From a virus (lineage: Duplodnaviria > Caudoviricetes), in the IMG/VR virus record IMGVR_UViG_3300020381_000021, positions 1 through 36,846 of that record: DNA of 36,846 nt; one strand, written 5' to 3'. Positions 1 to 9,708 of this stretch are shown one piece after another. The translations under genes and the position numbers were made by a program. The notes under the pieces are model-generated. The model did not search any database. It worked only from the letters and a program-made list of their open reading frames with translations, and had not been told where the DNA came from. Position 1 is the first letter of the stretch; every line of letters begins with the position of its first letter.

Positions 1-3000
1 TCTGAAATTCTTGTTAAACCATACTGTCCGTGATCAACTGCAAAATTTCCATATGGAACCACTGTTGTGTTGATACCAACTTTACCATCTGATTTGATGC
101 GAACTTTTTCTGCAGGAGATCCATTTGCTGCAGTTGCAACATTAAATGTTAATGCAGCATCATCTGTTGCTACACTAACAGGCCACTTATCACTTCCATT
201 ACCTCTTGTATGATATAACTCTAAAGTTGCAGGTTGATTTGCAGCATCCGATTCAATTCTTATGTAAGGAGTTGTGTTTAGTATATGTAAATCTCTGGCT
301 GGAGTAACAGTTCCAATACCAACATTAGACTCAAAATGTGATAAGTCTTTGAATGTAGAAACACCAGCATTTACTATAAGTCCACCTTGAGTGATTCTTA
401 CTCCACTTCTTGCTGTCACTAATCCGACAGAATCGATATTGGTTACATCATCATAAGTTAAAGTTCCTTTTATTGATACATCATTATCAAATTGTGCGTT
501 ACCTACAAAAGTAGATAAACCCGTTACTTTTATCTGTCCTGTTATTAAATTTTCTTGTGTTGTATTAACTTGCCCAATAAATTCACTTGCATATACTTTG
601 TCCCAAGACGCACCTGAAGCACCAATATCTTGACCAGTTCCAGTTCTAAGTAAATTACCTGTAATAGATATTCCAGCCGTTTGTGTAGTTAATTTAATAT
701 CATTATCATGATATAAATTGACAGTGCTACCCTCAGTCGCACCAATCATCGTTTTAGATCCATCAGCACTCTGAAGATTGAACAAATTACTTCTTAATCT
801 TAATTCACCTGTCCCCTGATCTACAATATAAGAATGATCTCCTGCGTGATATATTCTAAGATCTGGAGTTCCACCAGCATTACCAAATGTTATTGCTGCA
901 TTATCTACAAATTTTAAAGAACCAGCAGACTTATCAAATCTAATAGATGTTATTCCAGAGTCTCCATTAAAAAATACATCATCATTAAATGTGGAGATAC
1001 CAGCAACGGATAAGTTAGATCCTATTCCAACTTCACCACTTAATGTAGAAATACCTGAAACAAGTAGAGTATCAGTATCAGTTAAACCAGTAACTATAAC
1101 ACCGACTCCAGATGTTTTAAATTTTGTATTTCCTGAATAGTTAAGTAAAACTGAACTATTTTCAGAAGCTTGAAGATAATATTGCTCCATGCCACTATTA
1201 GATAGTACAAGTGAATCTCCAGCTAAAAATAAACTCCCACCTGTTGGTAGATGATCTATTTTTGAGTGTGTACCATCAAAAAATATTTCTAAATCATCAT
1301 CACTACCAAAAAGTACTCTTTTATTATCAGGAAGAAATACACTTTTTCCAAATCCAACCGTACCACCGATTGATACATCACCATTAAATGTTGCACCTGT
1401 TGAGTCGATGCTAAGTTCCTCTGATACTTGTCCACTACTATTACTAGTGGAGAAAATCATTTCACCTCCACTATTTTTTTCTTCTAATTTTATTGAACCA
1501 ACATTATCAACATAATTAGATCTAAATCTAATTTCTGGGGTGGTTGTTATTCCAACGAAACGTATACCAGTTGAACCAGTGGGTCTTACATCAAAAATTG
1601 AATCTGGCCTAGTAGTTCCGATACCAATTTTTCCATCATGTTTGATGACCATTCTTTCTGCTGGAGTAGCAGAACCATCAGGAGTTGTTTTAAAGTGCAA
1701 TGACATTGGCATGTCAGTTGATCCTCCTGATATACTCCCCGATACTCTTGCATAAATTTCTGCTCCAGTGTTTGCTATATCACCACTGTCACTTCCATTC
1801 CATTGAATTCTACCTATTATATCCCCATTAAGGACTCTCCCAATACCACCAATCGAACTATTCCTACTTTTAACAAATATTAAATTTGAAGATCCACCAT
1901 CATTACCATACCTATAAATTGCAAGAGTAGAATTTTGATTTGTTAATCCTTTTACCTGAACAGCTGGACTCATACCAAAAAGTATTGGGTGTTCTATAGA
2001 ACTACCAACCAATACCTTATCAGCACTTACAGAACTAATGCCAGATATATTTGTAGTCCCATTTCCCTTTATATCATCATTGAATGTTGATATTCCAGAT
2101 TGAACTAATATACCATTATTAAAAGTTGACAACCCTACAAATGTAGAGACTCCTGTAACTCTTAATTGATTAACTTCTAAATTTTCTTGTAACGTATTGA
2201 TCTGACCTATAAATTCATCAGCATAAATTTTATTCCAACTAAAACCACCACTTTCTCCAATATTTCCACCCTTATGGGTTTTGGGTAGTATGTTACCATT
2301 AACTTCAAGATTTGAAGCAACCGTTAATGCTGCACCAACTGTAGTAATACCAGTTATATTAACATTACCTGATCCATCAATTCTAATACCTTCACTCCCA
2401 CCTGCAAAAAACTGCATTAAGTCATCAGGGTGATTGTATCCAATTTGTCCTGCATCAGAACCATCATTAAATCGAATTGAAGCAGTGCTATTGTTTGCAA
2501 TCGTGATTCCCTTTTCCGATGATTCTCCATTTTCTCCTATGATTAAATCATTGGCACCACTATAGATATTTGAAATATCATCTCCATTAATTTGAATTTT
2601 TCCATCACCATGAATACGTAATCTTTCCACCTGAGATACAGAAGTTTTGAAAACAATCGCACCACCACCTTTTCCATCAAATACTAATTCTCCAGAATTA
2701 TTTTCGATAACACTTTCAGTGCTATTATGAAGTAAACGTAAATTATCCGTCTTTCCAATCGAAACAACAGCAGTATTTCCAATACCAGTAACACCTATAT
2801 CACCACCTACATCTAAGATATTTTGTGGAGTTGCACTTCCAATACCAACAAGACCTAAATCAGTAATGCGAAGTCTCTCGCTTGGAACATAATCTCCTGT
2901 ATTACCAACACTAAATTGCTTATTAGTGAATATTTTGTATGTTCCTCCAGCATACTCATGAATTTGAGAACCAGTATACTTACCTTGAGTATATTTAAAT

Positions 3001-4133
3001 GATGTAAATGCAGACCCATTCCAATATCTTCCAACATTAACATTATGAGTAAGCAGATGATATCTACCTCCTGAATTTTGTAATTCAAAAATTTGTAACT
3101 GCCTGTCGTCTACTTCATTAACATTGTCTATTCTAATTGCCTCTGATACACCATAAGTAAAATCTGGATTTGTATCAATTGTTAATTTTCCAGAATTTTG
3201 TATAGCAACTTCACCATTAGACGTAATTTTAAGTCTCTCAGAACCTGCTGTTTCTACTGAAAATTCATTGTCAGAAAATTTTATAGCAGTGTCTGTATCA
3301 TCTAAATGAAATATTGAGTCTGCAATACCAATTCCACCATCAAATCTAGAATCTCCAAGAACATCCAATAATCTATCAGGTTGAGTAGATCCAATACCAA
3401 TACGTTTATTTGCGGTGTCAAACACAAAGTTCTCTGCACCATCAACAAGACCAGTGGTTCCATGAAACTGAATTTGAGAAATAGTACCACCTGCACCAGC
3501 AGTAACAGTACGTTGTTCAACCCATATAACTCCACCAGTTGCAGTTTTTGCTAATAAATCTCCTGTACTGCCAGGTTCATTATCCTCACCATATATTGTT
3601 TTATCTAATTTTACGTTACCAACTACATGTAAGTTTTGAGTTGGTGATGTAGTCCCAATTCCAACCGATCCAATACCTGTTGTATTATCAAAAGTAAAAT
3701 ATTGAGATGTCGCAAATTCTCCTTGATCATTAAATAATACCCCATGGTCAATACCTGGTGCAGCTACTGTAACTGTAACTGCAGTACCAGGATTTCCATT
3801 ATCCTCAACATACCCCGTAACAGTAATCGCAGCACCCTTGAAGTCAACATCTGATGTACTATTAATTCCAGAAGCAGGAACAACAACTCCCTCCTCCCTT
3901 ACTGTGATTGCGCCTGGTTGTATACCACCAGTCAGAGGGATCCAAAATCTTTGGCCAGGATATTCTCTTAAAGATATTATTTGAAATTGAGATCCACCTG
4001 GTGGATTTGGTAATGGGTTTAGAGGATCACCTAAATTAGGTTCTGCTTGTTCTAATCCAAGATATTGATATCTGTCTGTTGTTAATGAACCTTGTGGGGT
4101 TCTTTTAACTCTACCACTTAAATACTTTGGCAT
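1..4133 (-). CDS. Large tail fiber-like virion structural protein (partial, runs off the left edge; at least 1377 aa)
   Basis: Not in the ORF track because there is no stop inside the window. Hand translation from ATG at 4133 (MPKYLSGRVKRTPQGSLTTDRYQYLGLEQAEPNLGDP...) stays open to position 3. It has repeated ERLRI..G.VGIG(T/S)T.P and V(T/S)GISTF fiber motifs typical of cyanomyophage fibers. Confidence 0.85.
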   Translation of the reverse strand, partial: MPKYLSGRVKRTPQGSLTTDRYQYLGLEQAEPNLGDPLNPLPNPPGGSQFQIISLREYPGQRFWIPLTGGIQPGAITVREEGVVVPASGINSTSDVDFKGAAITVTGYVEDNGNPGTAVTVTVAAPGIDHGVLFNDQGEFATSQYFTFDNTTGIGSVGIGTTSPTQNLHVVGNVKLDKTIYGEDNEPGSTGDLLAKTATGGVIWVEQRTVTAGAGGTISQIQFHGTTGLVDGAENFVFDTANKRIGIGSTQPDRLLDVLGDSRFDGGIGIADSIFHLDDTDTAIKFSDNEFSVETAGSERLKITSNGEVAIQNSGKLTIDTNPDFTYGVSEAIRIDNVNEVDDRQLQIFELQNSGGRYHLLTHNVNVGRYWNGSAFTSFKYTQGKYTGSQIHEYAGGTYKIFTNKQFSVGNTGDYVPSERLRITDLGLVGIGSATPQNILDVGGDIGVTGIGNTAVVSIGKTDNLRLLHNSTESVIENNSGELVFDGKGGGAIVFKTSVSQVERLRIHGDGKIQINGDDISNIYSGANDLIIGENGESSEKGITIANNSTASIRFNDGSDAGQIGYNHPDDLMQFFAGGSEGIRIDGSGNVNITGITTVGAALTVASNLEVNGNILPKTHKGGNIGESGGFSWNKIYADEFIGQINTLQENLEVNQLRVTGVSTFVGLSTFNNGILVQSGISTFNDDIKGNGTTNISGISSVSADKVLVGSSIEHPILFGMSPAVQVKGLTNQNSTLAIYRYGNDGGSSNLIFVKSRNSSIGGIGRVLNGDIIGRIQWNGSDSGDIANTGAEIYARVSGSISGGSTDMPMSLHFKTTPDGSATPAERMVIKHDGKIGIGTTRPDSIFDVRPTGSTGIRFVGITTTPEIRFRSNYVDNVGSIKLEEKNSGGEMIFSTSNSSGQVSEELSIDSTGATFNGDVSIGGTVGFGKSVFLPDNKRVLFGSDDDLEIFFDGTHSKIDHLPTGGSLFLAGDSLVLSNSGMEQYYLQASENSSVLLNYSGNTKFKTSGVGVIVTGLTDTDTLLVSGISTLSGEVGIGSNLSVAGISTFNDDVFFNGDSGITSIRFDKSAGSLKFVDNAAITFGNAGGTPDLRIYHAGDHSYIVDQGTGELRLRSNLFNLQSADGSKTMIGATEGSTVNLYHDNDIKLTTQTAGISITGNLLRTGTGQDIGASGASWDKVYASEFIGQVNTTQENLITGQIKVTGLSTFVGNAQFDNDVSIKGTLTYDDVTNIDSVGLVTARSGVRITQGGLIVNAGVSTFKDLSHFESNVGIGTVTPARDLHILNTTPYIRIESDAANQPATLELYHTRGNGSDKWPVSVATDDAALTFNVATAANGSPAEKVRIKSDGKVGINTTVVPYGNFAVDHGQYGLTRIS

Positions 4134-4134
4134 A

Positions 4135-5121
4135 TTATGTCGTGCTATTCTCTAGAATACTACAAATAAATTCCATCTGAAGTGGTCCGACTAATCCACC
4201 TGTTGTTGTTACTCCAACATTAACGGTAAAAGTATTAATGCCGACAACTGTTACAGATTTGTTATTACCATTTGCTGCTGGATCAGTGCTACGAGGATAA
4301 GTTTTTTCCGCAAAATAATTATCCTGTGAACATTTAAAAACCAAAGAATTATTAGTAAATTGAATATTATGTCCAGTTGAAAGATTATGTGCTGCAGCTG
4401 CTGTGACTGAAAGTATACCTGTCACACCATCATATGTCGTTCCTCTTGCAGGAGTAATTTTAGTTCCACTTGCACCTCCACTTGTAACACTTATTGCGTC
4501 TTTAGATGCTCTAATAAACTTGTGTAAGGATGGTGTAAATGTATGTGGTAAAGTTTTTACAATACCCGTATTAGTTTCAAAGGTATTAACACCAACAATA
4601 TTTTCAATTGTAAATGATACTTGTGGAGCTGGGAAAATAGCACTTGTTATTCCCGCAGTTGATGGGCAAGTAAATGCAATACCAGCCATTGTGATCTGAT
4701 CATTAACACTTAGTCCATGAGCAACTGAAGTGGTAACTGTCGTTAATCCTGTAATGTGATCATATTTTACATCACTAATTGTTGTGATTCCAACTTGTGT
4801 TCCCATTATTACAATCGAATCAGAAACAAGTGCTGTTCTTTCTAAAACTAATCTACCATCAATCAAAACAAGAGAATCATTTGGAGGTATCTCACCATCT
4901 TTAATTATTCTGTTATTTCGAATATTTCCTGCTGTTCTTGTTGCAACACTCGTTCTTCGATGTGTAAAGGTTACAGTTGGGAAAGTGTTTATTCCAACGT
5001 TAGCTACCTGTGCATACAACACAATCGCAGATGTTCCCACTGGAGCTTTATATATTGTCTGTTCACCTGGTGCAACGGGAACAGCAATTGTCAAAAATTT
5101 ATTTAGTGGTGCGATTGCCAT
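4135..5121 (-). CDS. Virion structural protein (cyanophage baseplate/fiber-associated)
   Basis: 328-aa beta-rich ORF with two YD..TG...VT...HGL/HNL..G repeats, tightly coupled between structural genes. Confidence 0.7.
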   Translation of the reverse strand: MAIAPLNKFLTIAVPVAPGEQTIYKAPVGTSAIVLYAQVANVGINTFPTVTFTHRRTSVATRTAGNIRNNRIIKDGEIPPNDSLVLIDGRLVLERTALVSDSIVIMGTQVGITTISDVKYDHITGLTTVTTSVAHGLSVNDQITMAGIAFTCPSTAGITSAIFPAPQVSFTIENIVGVNTFETNTGIVKTLPHTFTPSLHKFIRASKDAISVTSGGASGTKITPARGTTYDGVTGILSVTAAAAHNLSTGHNIQFTNNSLVFKCSQDNYFAEKTYPRSTDPAANGNNKSVTVVGINTFTVNVGVTTTGGLVGPLQMEFICSILENSTT

Positions 5122-5122
5122 A

Positions 5123-8100
5123 TTATCTCAATGCTAGTATTAATGGTGTTACTTCTGCTTGAAGTGATCTACTAAAATCTCTTCCAGAAATTGTAGAGGT
5201 TGTTTGATTAATTTGTAAACCTTCACCGATATCAAAATTACCTTTTTGGTCTGTAGATGTGAATGGAATCTGTGCACCATCTGTAGCTACGACTTCATTA
5301 GCCTTTATCGGAATTGCACCTTGTAGGGGTGTCGAAATATTTATATCCGTTCCAGTACCAACATATTCAAAAGAATGAGAACTAGTTAGTATTCGACTAA
5401 TTCTTTGTAAAGTAAATGGATCGTCAGCAAATATCTCATAAGGAATAAATTCATTAAATGTAATCGTTGTAATACCACTAACTGGAACTGGATTAGTTGC
5501 AGATTCTACAGTGTAATATATTGGACTCATTACTGCTGTGGCAAGACCAGTGTTTCCCTCAATATCAACAATTATATTTTGTGTCGGAAGATAATTTCTA
5601 CCCTGTGCAACAACATTAATTTCAGTTAAAACTCCAGAAGCACTCACACTTGCGGTCGCCTCTGCAATAATTCCTTGAGGTCCTTTTGGTTCCTGTGATC
5701 CATCAAAATCTCTAATAAGAACATTAGGAGGATCTATTGCACTAAATCCACTCAAATTTGGACTAATTAATTTTACAGATGCTAACTGTTGAAGGGGTGC
5801 TGTGATTCTTCCACCACCAGGTGTATCTGGATAATTATCCAAATCAATTTTAAAATATAATGCCTGTCCATCAAAAGGTCTTCTAACAGTATTAGAAAAA
5901 TCAGTAAGACCGACAGCAACAACTGTGTCTTGCTCTTCAGCATTTGTACTAGTGATGATATCACCTGCTGTATTTGTATTACTTACAATACCAGTGAATG
6001 TTGTTGATCCCAATCCAGCTGCAACTAATCCAAAATTACCAAAAGAAGAATTTGAGTTAGTTAAATCACATTGTGCACCAGTGGCAGCATAGATTCCAAT
6101 ATCAGTATTAATTGTGAATATTGAAACTAACTGTGCGTACGCATCATTAGTTAAAGAGACACCTATACCTGCTTCATTATATTGTGTAAAAGAGTCACAT
6201 ACCATTGATTTAAGATCTGCACCAACTGTTGATGCAGTCGCATCATTTCCATCTATTCTCATACCAACACTTGCTGTCATAAAATTAGTACAGTTTCTAA
6301 CATATGGAGATCTCCATCTGCCACTAGGACCTTCAGTCGCAGGTCCAGGTTCAGTATATCCTGATACTGCAGAATTAGAACCAGATGGTGTAGGGAATGC
6401 AACACAAGCACCACCTTGATGACTTACACCAACATTAGATCCACCAAAGTTGAGATTCTCAACCAAACACCCTCTTCTTACATGAAAAACATCTTTTGTT
6501 GGGTTTTGAGATTGTATGATAACTAATCTTAAATCCTCACCTGTAACTGTAACATCTGTTCTTAAACCAATTGGATTATTTTCAACATATATTCCAGGTC
6601 TTACTTTTATTGTATCAGTTTCGATTGCAACTGCAGCTGCTCCTCCAATAGTTGCCTTTGCATCTCCCTCTAGCAATCCACTATTACTATCATTACCATT
6701 TTTGGATACCCATATTGTTCTCTTTGTTTGTACACCAGATGGTCTCCATGATACACCTGTTCCAACTGATGATAAACGATAATCTGTTTTTCCAGAAGCT
6801 ACACTATTGTTTATATCTTTAATATGAGAACCTAAATTAAGAGTTTTAGCAATACCTACTTCTTCTTTAAATGTAGATATTCCTATAAATGTAGAAACAC
6901 CAACTACATTCAAACTACCAATACCAGCATTTCCCTGCACATCTAAATTAGAATTAGCATCTATGTTTCCACTAAATGTAGACGTTGTTGATACATTTAA
7001 AGTATCGGTATCAGTTAACCCAGTGACATCTATCCCTAAACTATTAGTTTCTAATTTTTTCGAATTATCTGTGAACAAAGTTACACCATAACCAAGAGAT
7101 GCTTCCAAGTATGATTTACTACCATTTACACTTTTAATTTGTAATTGATTTGTTGAAACTTCTAAATTTCCATTAATATTAGTTACTTCAGTGTTAGTTG
7201 TTGAATTATTATGTTTTACTGTTAAATCACCATTGTCTCCAAATACTGCTGTTGAATTATCAGAAAAATCCAAAGAACTATTAACTTTATCAAATGTTAT
7301 ATTCGAAGAATTACCAATAAATTGAACATCGTTATTAAATGTTGTTACACCTGTGACATTTACATCATCTAATTCAGTGTGTTGATTGACATTTATACCT
7401 GCATTAAAAGTGGATCCTGCACTTACAAGTAATGAGTCAGAGGGCGAATCACCAATATTTGTATCACCTTTCATTTCAACTCTAGCATTAAACTCAGCAT
7501 TTCCTACAAATGTTGAAATACCAGATATATTAACATTATCTAATTCTGTATGACCATCTACATCTAAATTAGTAGTTACATCAAGATTACCATCAATTTC
7601 CGCAACACCAGTGACTTTAAATTTCTTAGTTGTTTGATTATAATCACCACCAATGTTTACTTCACCAGTTGGTGTGATACCAAGTCTCTGACTAGCATTT
7701 GTATCGACTCTTATTGCCTGACCATCTTTATTATCAAGTATAGTTGTACCATCACTAGCTAGATATAATTGAGTTCCATCTGCATCACCAACACCTGATG
7801 CAGTATTTGATAATTTAAGTCTTGGATTTGCACTATCATGTATTTCCAATCCTGATCCAGATGGAAATGCTGGATTATTAGTTCCAATTCCAACATTTGT
7901 CATTCTATAGATTTCAGCATTATCTCCAGTTCCACTATATCCCCATAAATCTTTAGTGAATATAGTTGAAAAACCAGTTTGTGTGGTATCATTTTGCGCT
8001 GTAGGAATGAGAGTATCAGTTCCAAGACCAAGACTGTTAGATTGAACGAAATTTAAAATAGTAAATGATTGTGCTACACCAACAGTAGGAACATATGTTC

Positions 8101-9109
8101 CCTCATCTTGAATAAAAATACCTTCGGTAAAAGATGGTTCAAAAGATACCCATCTTATTCCGTTAGCATCTCGATTCATAAAGTATCCATTTTGACCTGG
8201 AGATCCAGCGGAGTCATATATGTTTCTGGCAACTGAAATACTACCATCAGCGACTAATCTTAATACCCCATTCGCACCATCATTTAAATTACTTAAACCT
8301 CCAACAGGCGTTATGCTTGTGGTTCCGATTCCAACTCTACCTAATCTGGAACCATCATTATCAACTACAAACTCTCCAAGAACTGAAGCACCAACTCCAG
8401 TAGTTTCAAATTTAGATAATCCATTATAAAATAATTCAACTTTACTATTTGGAATAAAATTTGCTAAAACTTCATCTCCAATTTCACCAAATGCTCCTAG
8501 ACCATAACGAAGACTTATCTTTGATTGTGTACCAATACTTCTCAAATTTATATCAGATGAAAGCCCAGAATCTATATAACCATCATTATTATAACTATAG
8601 ATACGAAGATCATCTCCAAACACTGCTTCTACTCTATCTTTAAAATATACATGAGTGCTTAATCCAACTGTTGCACCAACACCAGTAAAAATTTTACCCT
8701 GAAATGTTGAAATTCCTGTGACTAAAAGATTTTCTAATTCTAAATCTTTTATTTTTGCTTTTCCAAATACATCTAATAACTCTGTTGGTTGGGTGCTTGC
8801 AATTCCAACCTTACCAGGATTAAAGGATGTATCTATGGTCAATACAGTGCCACCAGATCCAACCTGAAGTCTGTCTCTAATTTCTAAATCTGGAAATGAT
8901 AATGCATCTTGGAAATTAACAGTATCTGTAAATGTGGTTTCACCATTTATTGTTAATTGTGGATTACCTACAATTAATGGAGTAGTTAATTTTGTTAGTG
9001 TTAATTCCTGATCAGGTACTAATAATGTGCCTTTAATATCAACGTCTTTAAGGAAAGTTACCTTTTCATTAAATTGTGCCTCGTTTCCAGTGATAGATAT
9101 GTTTGACAT
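5123..9109 (-). CDS. Large structural/tail fiber-like protein with C-terminal pectin-lyase-like beta-helix region
   Basis: About 1328 aa. The N-terminal part has GISTF/GIGTT fiber repeats; the C-terminal part begins IWVSKNGNDSNSG...KATI..A...VRPGIYVENNPI, a typical parallel beta-helix entry motif. ATG at 9109 overlaps the upstream TGA. Confidence 0.75.
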   Translation of the reverse strand: MSNISITGNEAQFNEKVTFLKDVDIKGTLLVPDQELTLTKLTTPLIVGNPQLTINGETTFTDTVNFQDALSFPDLEIRDRLQVGSGGTVLTIDTSFNPGKVGIASTQPTELLDVFGKAKIKDLELENLLVTGISTFQGKIFTGVGATVGLSTHVYFKDRVEAVFGDDLRIYSYNNDGYIDSGLSSDINLRSIGTQSKISLRYGLGAFGEIGDEVLANFIPNSKVELFYNGLSKFETTGVGASVLGEFVVDNDGSRLGRVGIGTTSITPVGGLSNLNDGANGVLRLVADGSISVARNIYDSAGSPGQNGYFMNRDANGIRWVSFEPSFTEGIFIQDEGTYVPTVGVAQSFTILNFVQSNSLGLGTDTLIPTAQNDTTQTGFSTIFTKDLWGYSGTGDNAEIYRMTNVGIGTNNPAFPSGSGLEIHDSANPRLKLSNTASGVGDADGTQLYLASDGTTILDNKDGQAIRVDTNASQRLGITPTGEVNIGGDYNQTTKKFKVTGVAEIDGNLDVTTNLDVDGHTELDNVNISGISTFVGNAEFNARVEMKGDTNIGDSPSDSLLVSAGSTFNAGINVNQHTELDDVNVTGVTTFNNDVQFIGNSSNITFDKVNSSLDFSDNSTAVFGDNGDLTVKHNNSTTNTEVTNINGNLEVSTNQLQIKSVNGSKSYLEASLGYGVTLFTDNSKKLETNSLGIDVTGLTDTDTLNVSTTSTFSGNIDANSNLDVQGNAGIGSLNVVGVSTFIGISTFKEEVGIAKTLNLGSHIKDINNSVASGKTDYRLSSVGTGVSWRPSGVQTKRTIWVSKNGNDSNSGLLEGDAKATIGGAAAVAIETDTIKVRPGIYVENNPIGLRTDVTVTGEDLRLVIIQSQNPTKDVFHVRRGCLVENLNFGGSNVGVSHQGGACVAFPTPSGSNSAVSGYTEPGPATEGPSGRWRSPYVRNCTNFMTASVGMRIDGNDATASTVGADLKSMVCDSFTQYNEAGIGVSLTNDAYAQLVSIFTINTDIGIYAATGAQCDLTNSNSSFGNFGLVAAGLGSTTFTGIVSNTNTAGDIITSTNAEEQDTVVAVGLTDFSNTVRRPFDGQALYFKIDLDNYPDTPGGGRITAPLQQLASVKLISPNLSGFSAIDPPNVLIRDFDGSQEPKGPQGIIAEATASVSASGVLTEINVVAQGRNYLPTQNIIVDIEGNTGLATAVMSPIYYTVESATNPVPVSGITTITFNEFIPYEIFADDPFTLQRISRILTSSHSFEYVGTGTDINISTPLQGAIPIKANEVVATDGAQIPFTSTDQKGNFDIGEGLQINQTTSTISGRDFSRSLQAEVTPLILALR

Positions 9110-9708
9110 CACCCACCCCCAACATCTGGAACATCTCCAGTTCCAGACACAACTGATTTTGATATAAACTTATCACCTGATGGAGGATTTTTAAGATAGT
9201 CCTCTCCAACATAACTACCTTTAAAAACTCTTTGCACAAAACTCCCTACAGTTCTTTCAATCAAATTTCCAATAAGACCTCTTGCCTGAACTTTGGTTGC
9301 GTTCAAAGTTATTGATGATGCAGCATTTAATGAAATATTTCTTCCAGCTTTCAAATTAATATCTTCATCTGCTTGTACTACAACGTTACCTCCAGATATT
9401 CTTATTTGTCCATTTCCCATTACAGTTATTGTAATATCTCCCTCCACAGAACTAATTTTAACCGAAGTATCACTCCCACTATTTTTAGACCCTGCAACAA
9501 CTTCAATCATTCTTTCATTATGAACTCGAAATACTCCAGACTCACTTAATGCACAAAATTGTTTATCTTTATTGTCGGTAACTGCATACTCTAACCATGT
9601 ATTCGGACCATCGGCACCCATCTGTGGATTATTCACATCAATTCTAAACTTAGGTCCTCTACTATCAATTACTCTATGTTCCCAATTCTGATTCGATTTT
9701 TCTGCCAT
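9109..9708 (-). CDS. gp5 C-terminal-like beta-helix spike protein
   Basis: Octapeptide-like repeats (GDITITVM/GQIRISG/EDINLKAG/RNISLNAA/SSITLNAT) resembling gp5/VgrG needles; directly downstream of gp5 with a TAATG overlap. Confidence 0.6.
   Translation of the reverse strand: MAEKSNQNWEHRVIDSRGPKFRIDVNNPQMGADGPNTWLEYAVTDNKDKQFCALSESGVFRVHNERMIEVVAGSKNSGSDTSVKISSVEGDITITVMGNGQIRISGGNVVVQADEDINLKAGRNISLNAASSITLNATKVQARGLIGNLIERTVGSFVQRVFKGSYVGEDYLKNPPSGDKFISKSVVSGTGDVPDVGGG

Noticed and set aside
1540-3535. Short track ORFs at 1540, 2855 and 3302
   Set aside because: They are antisense or out-of-frame shadows of the long minus-strand fiber gene.
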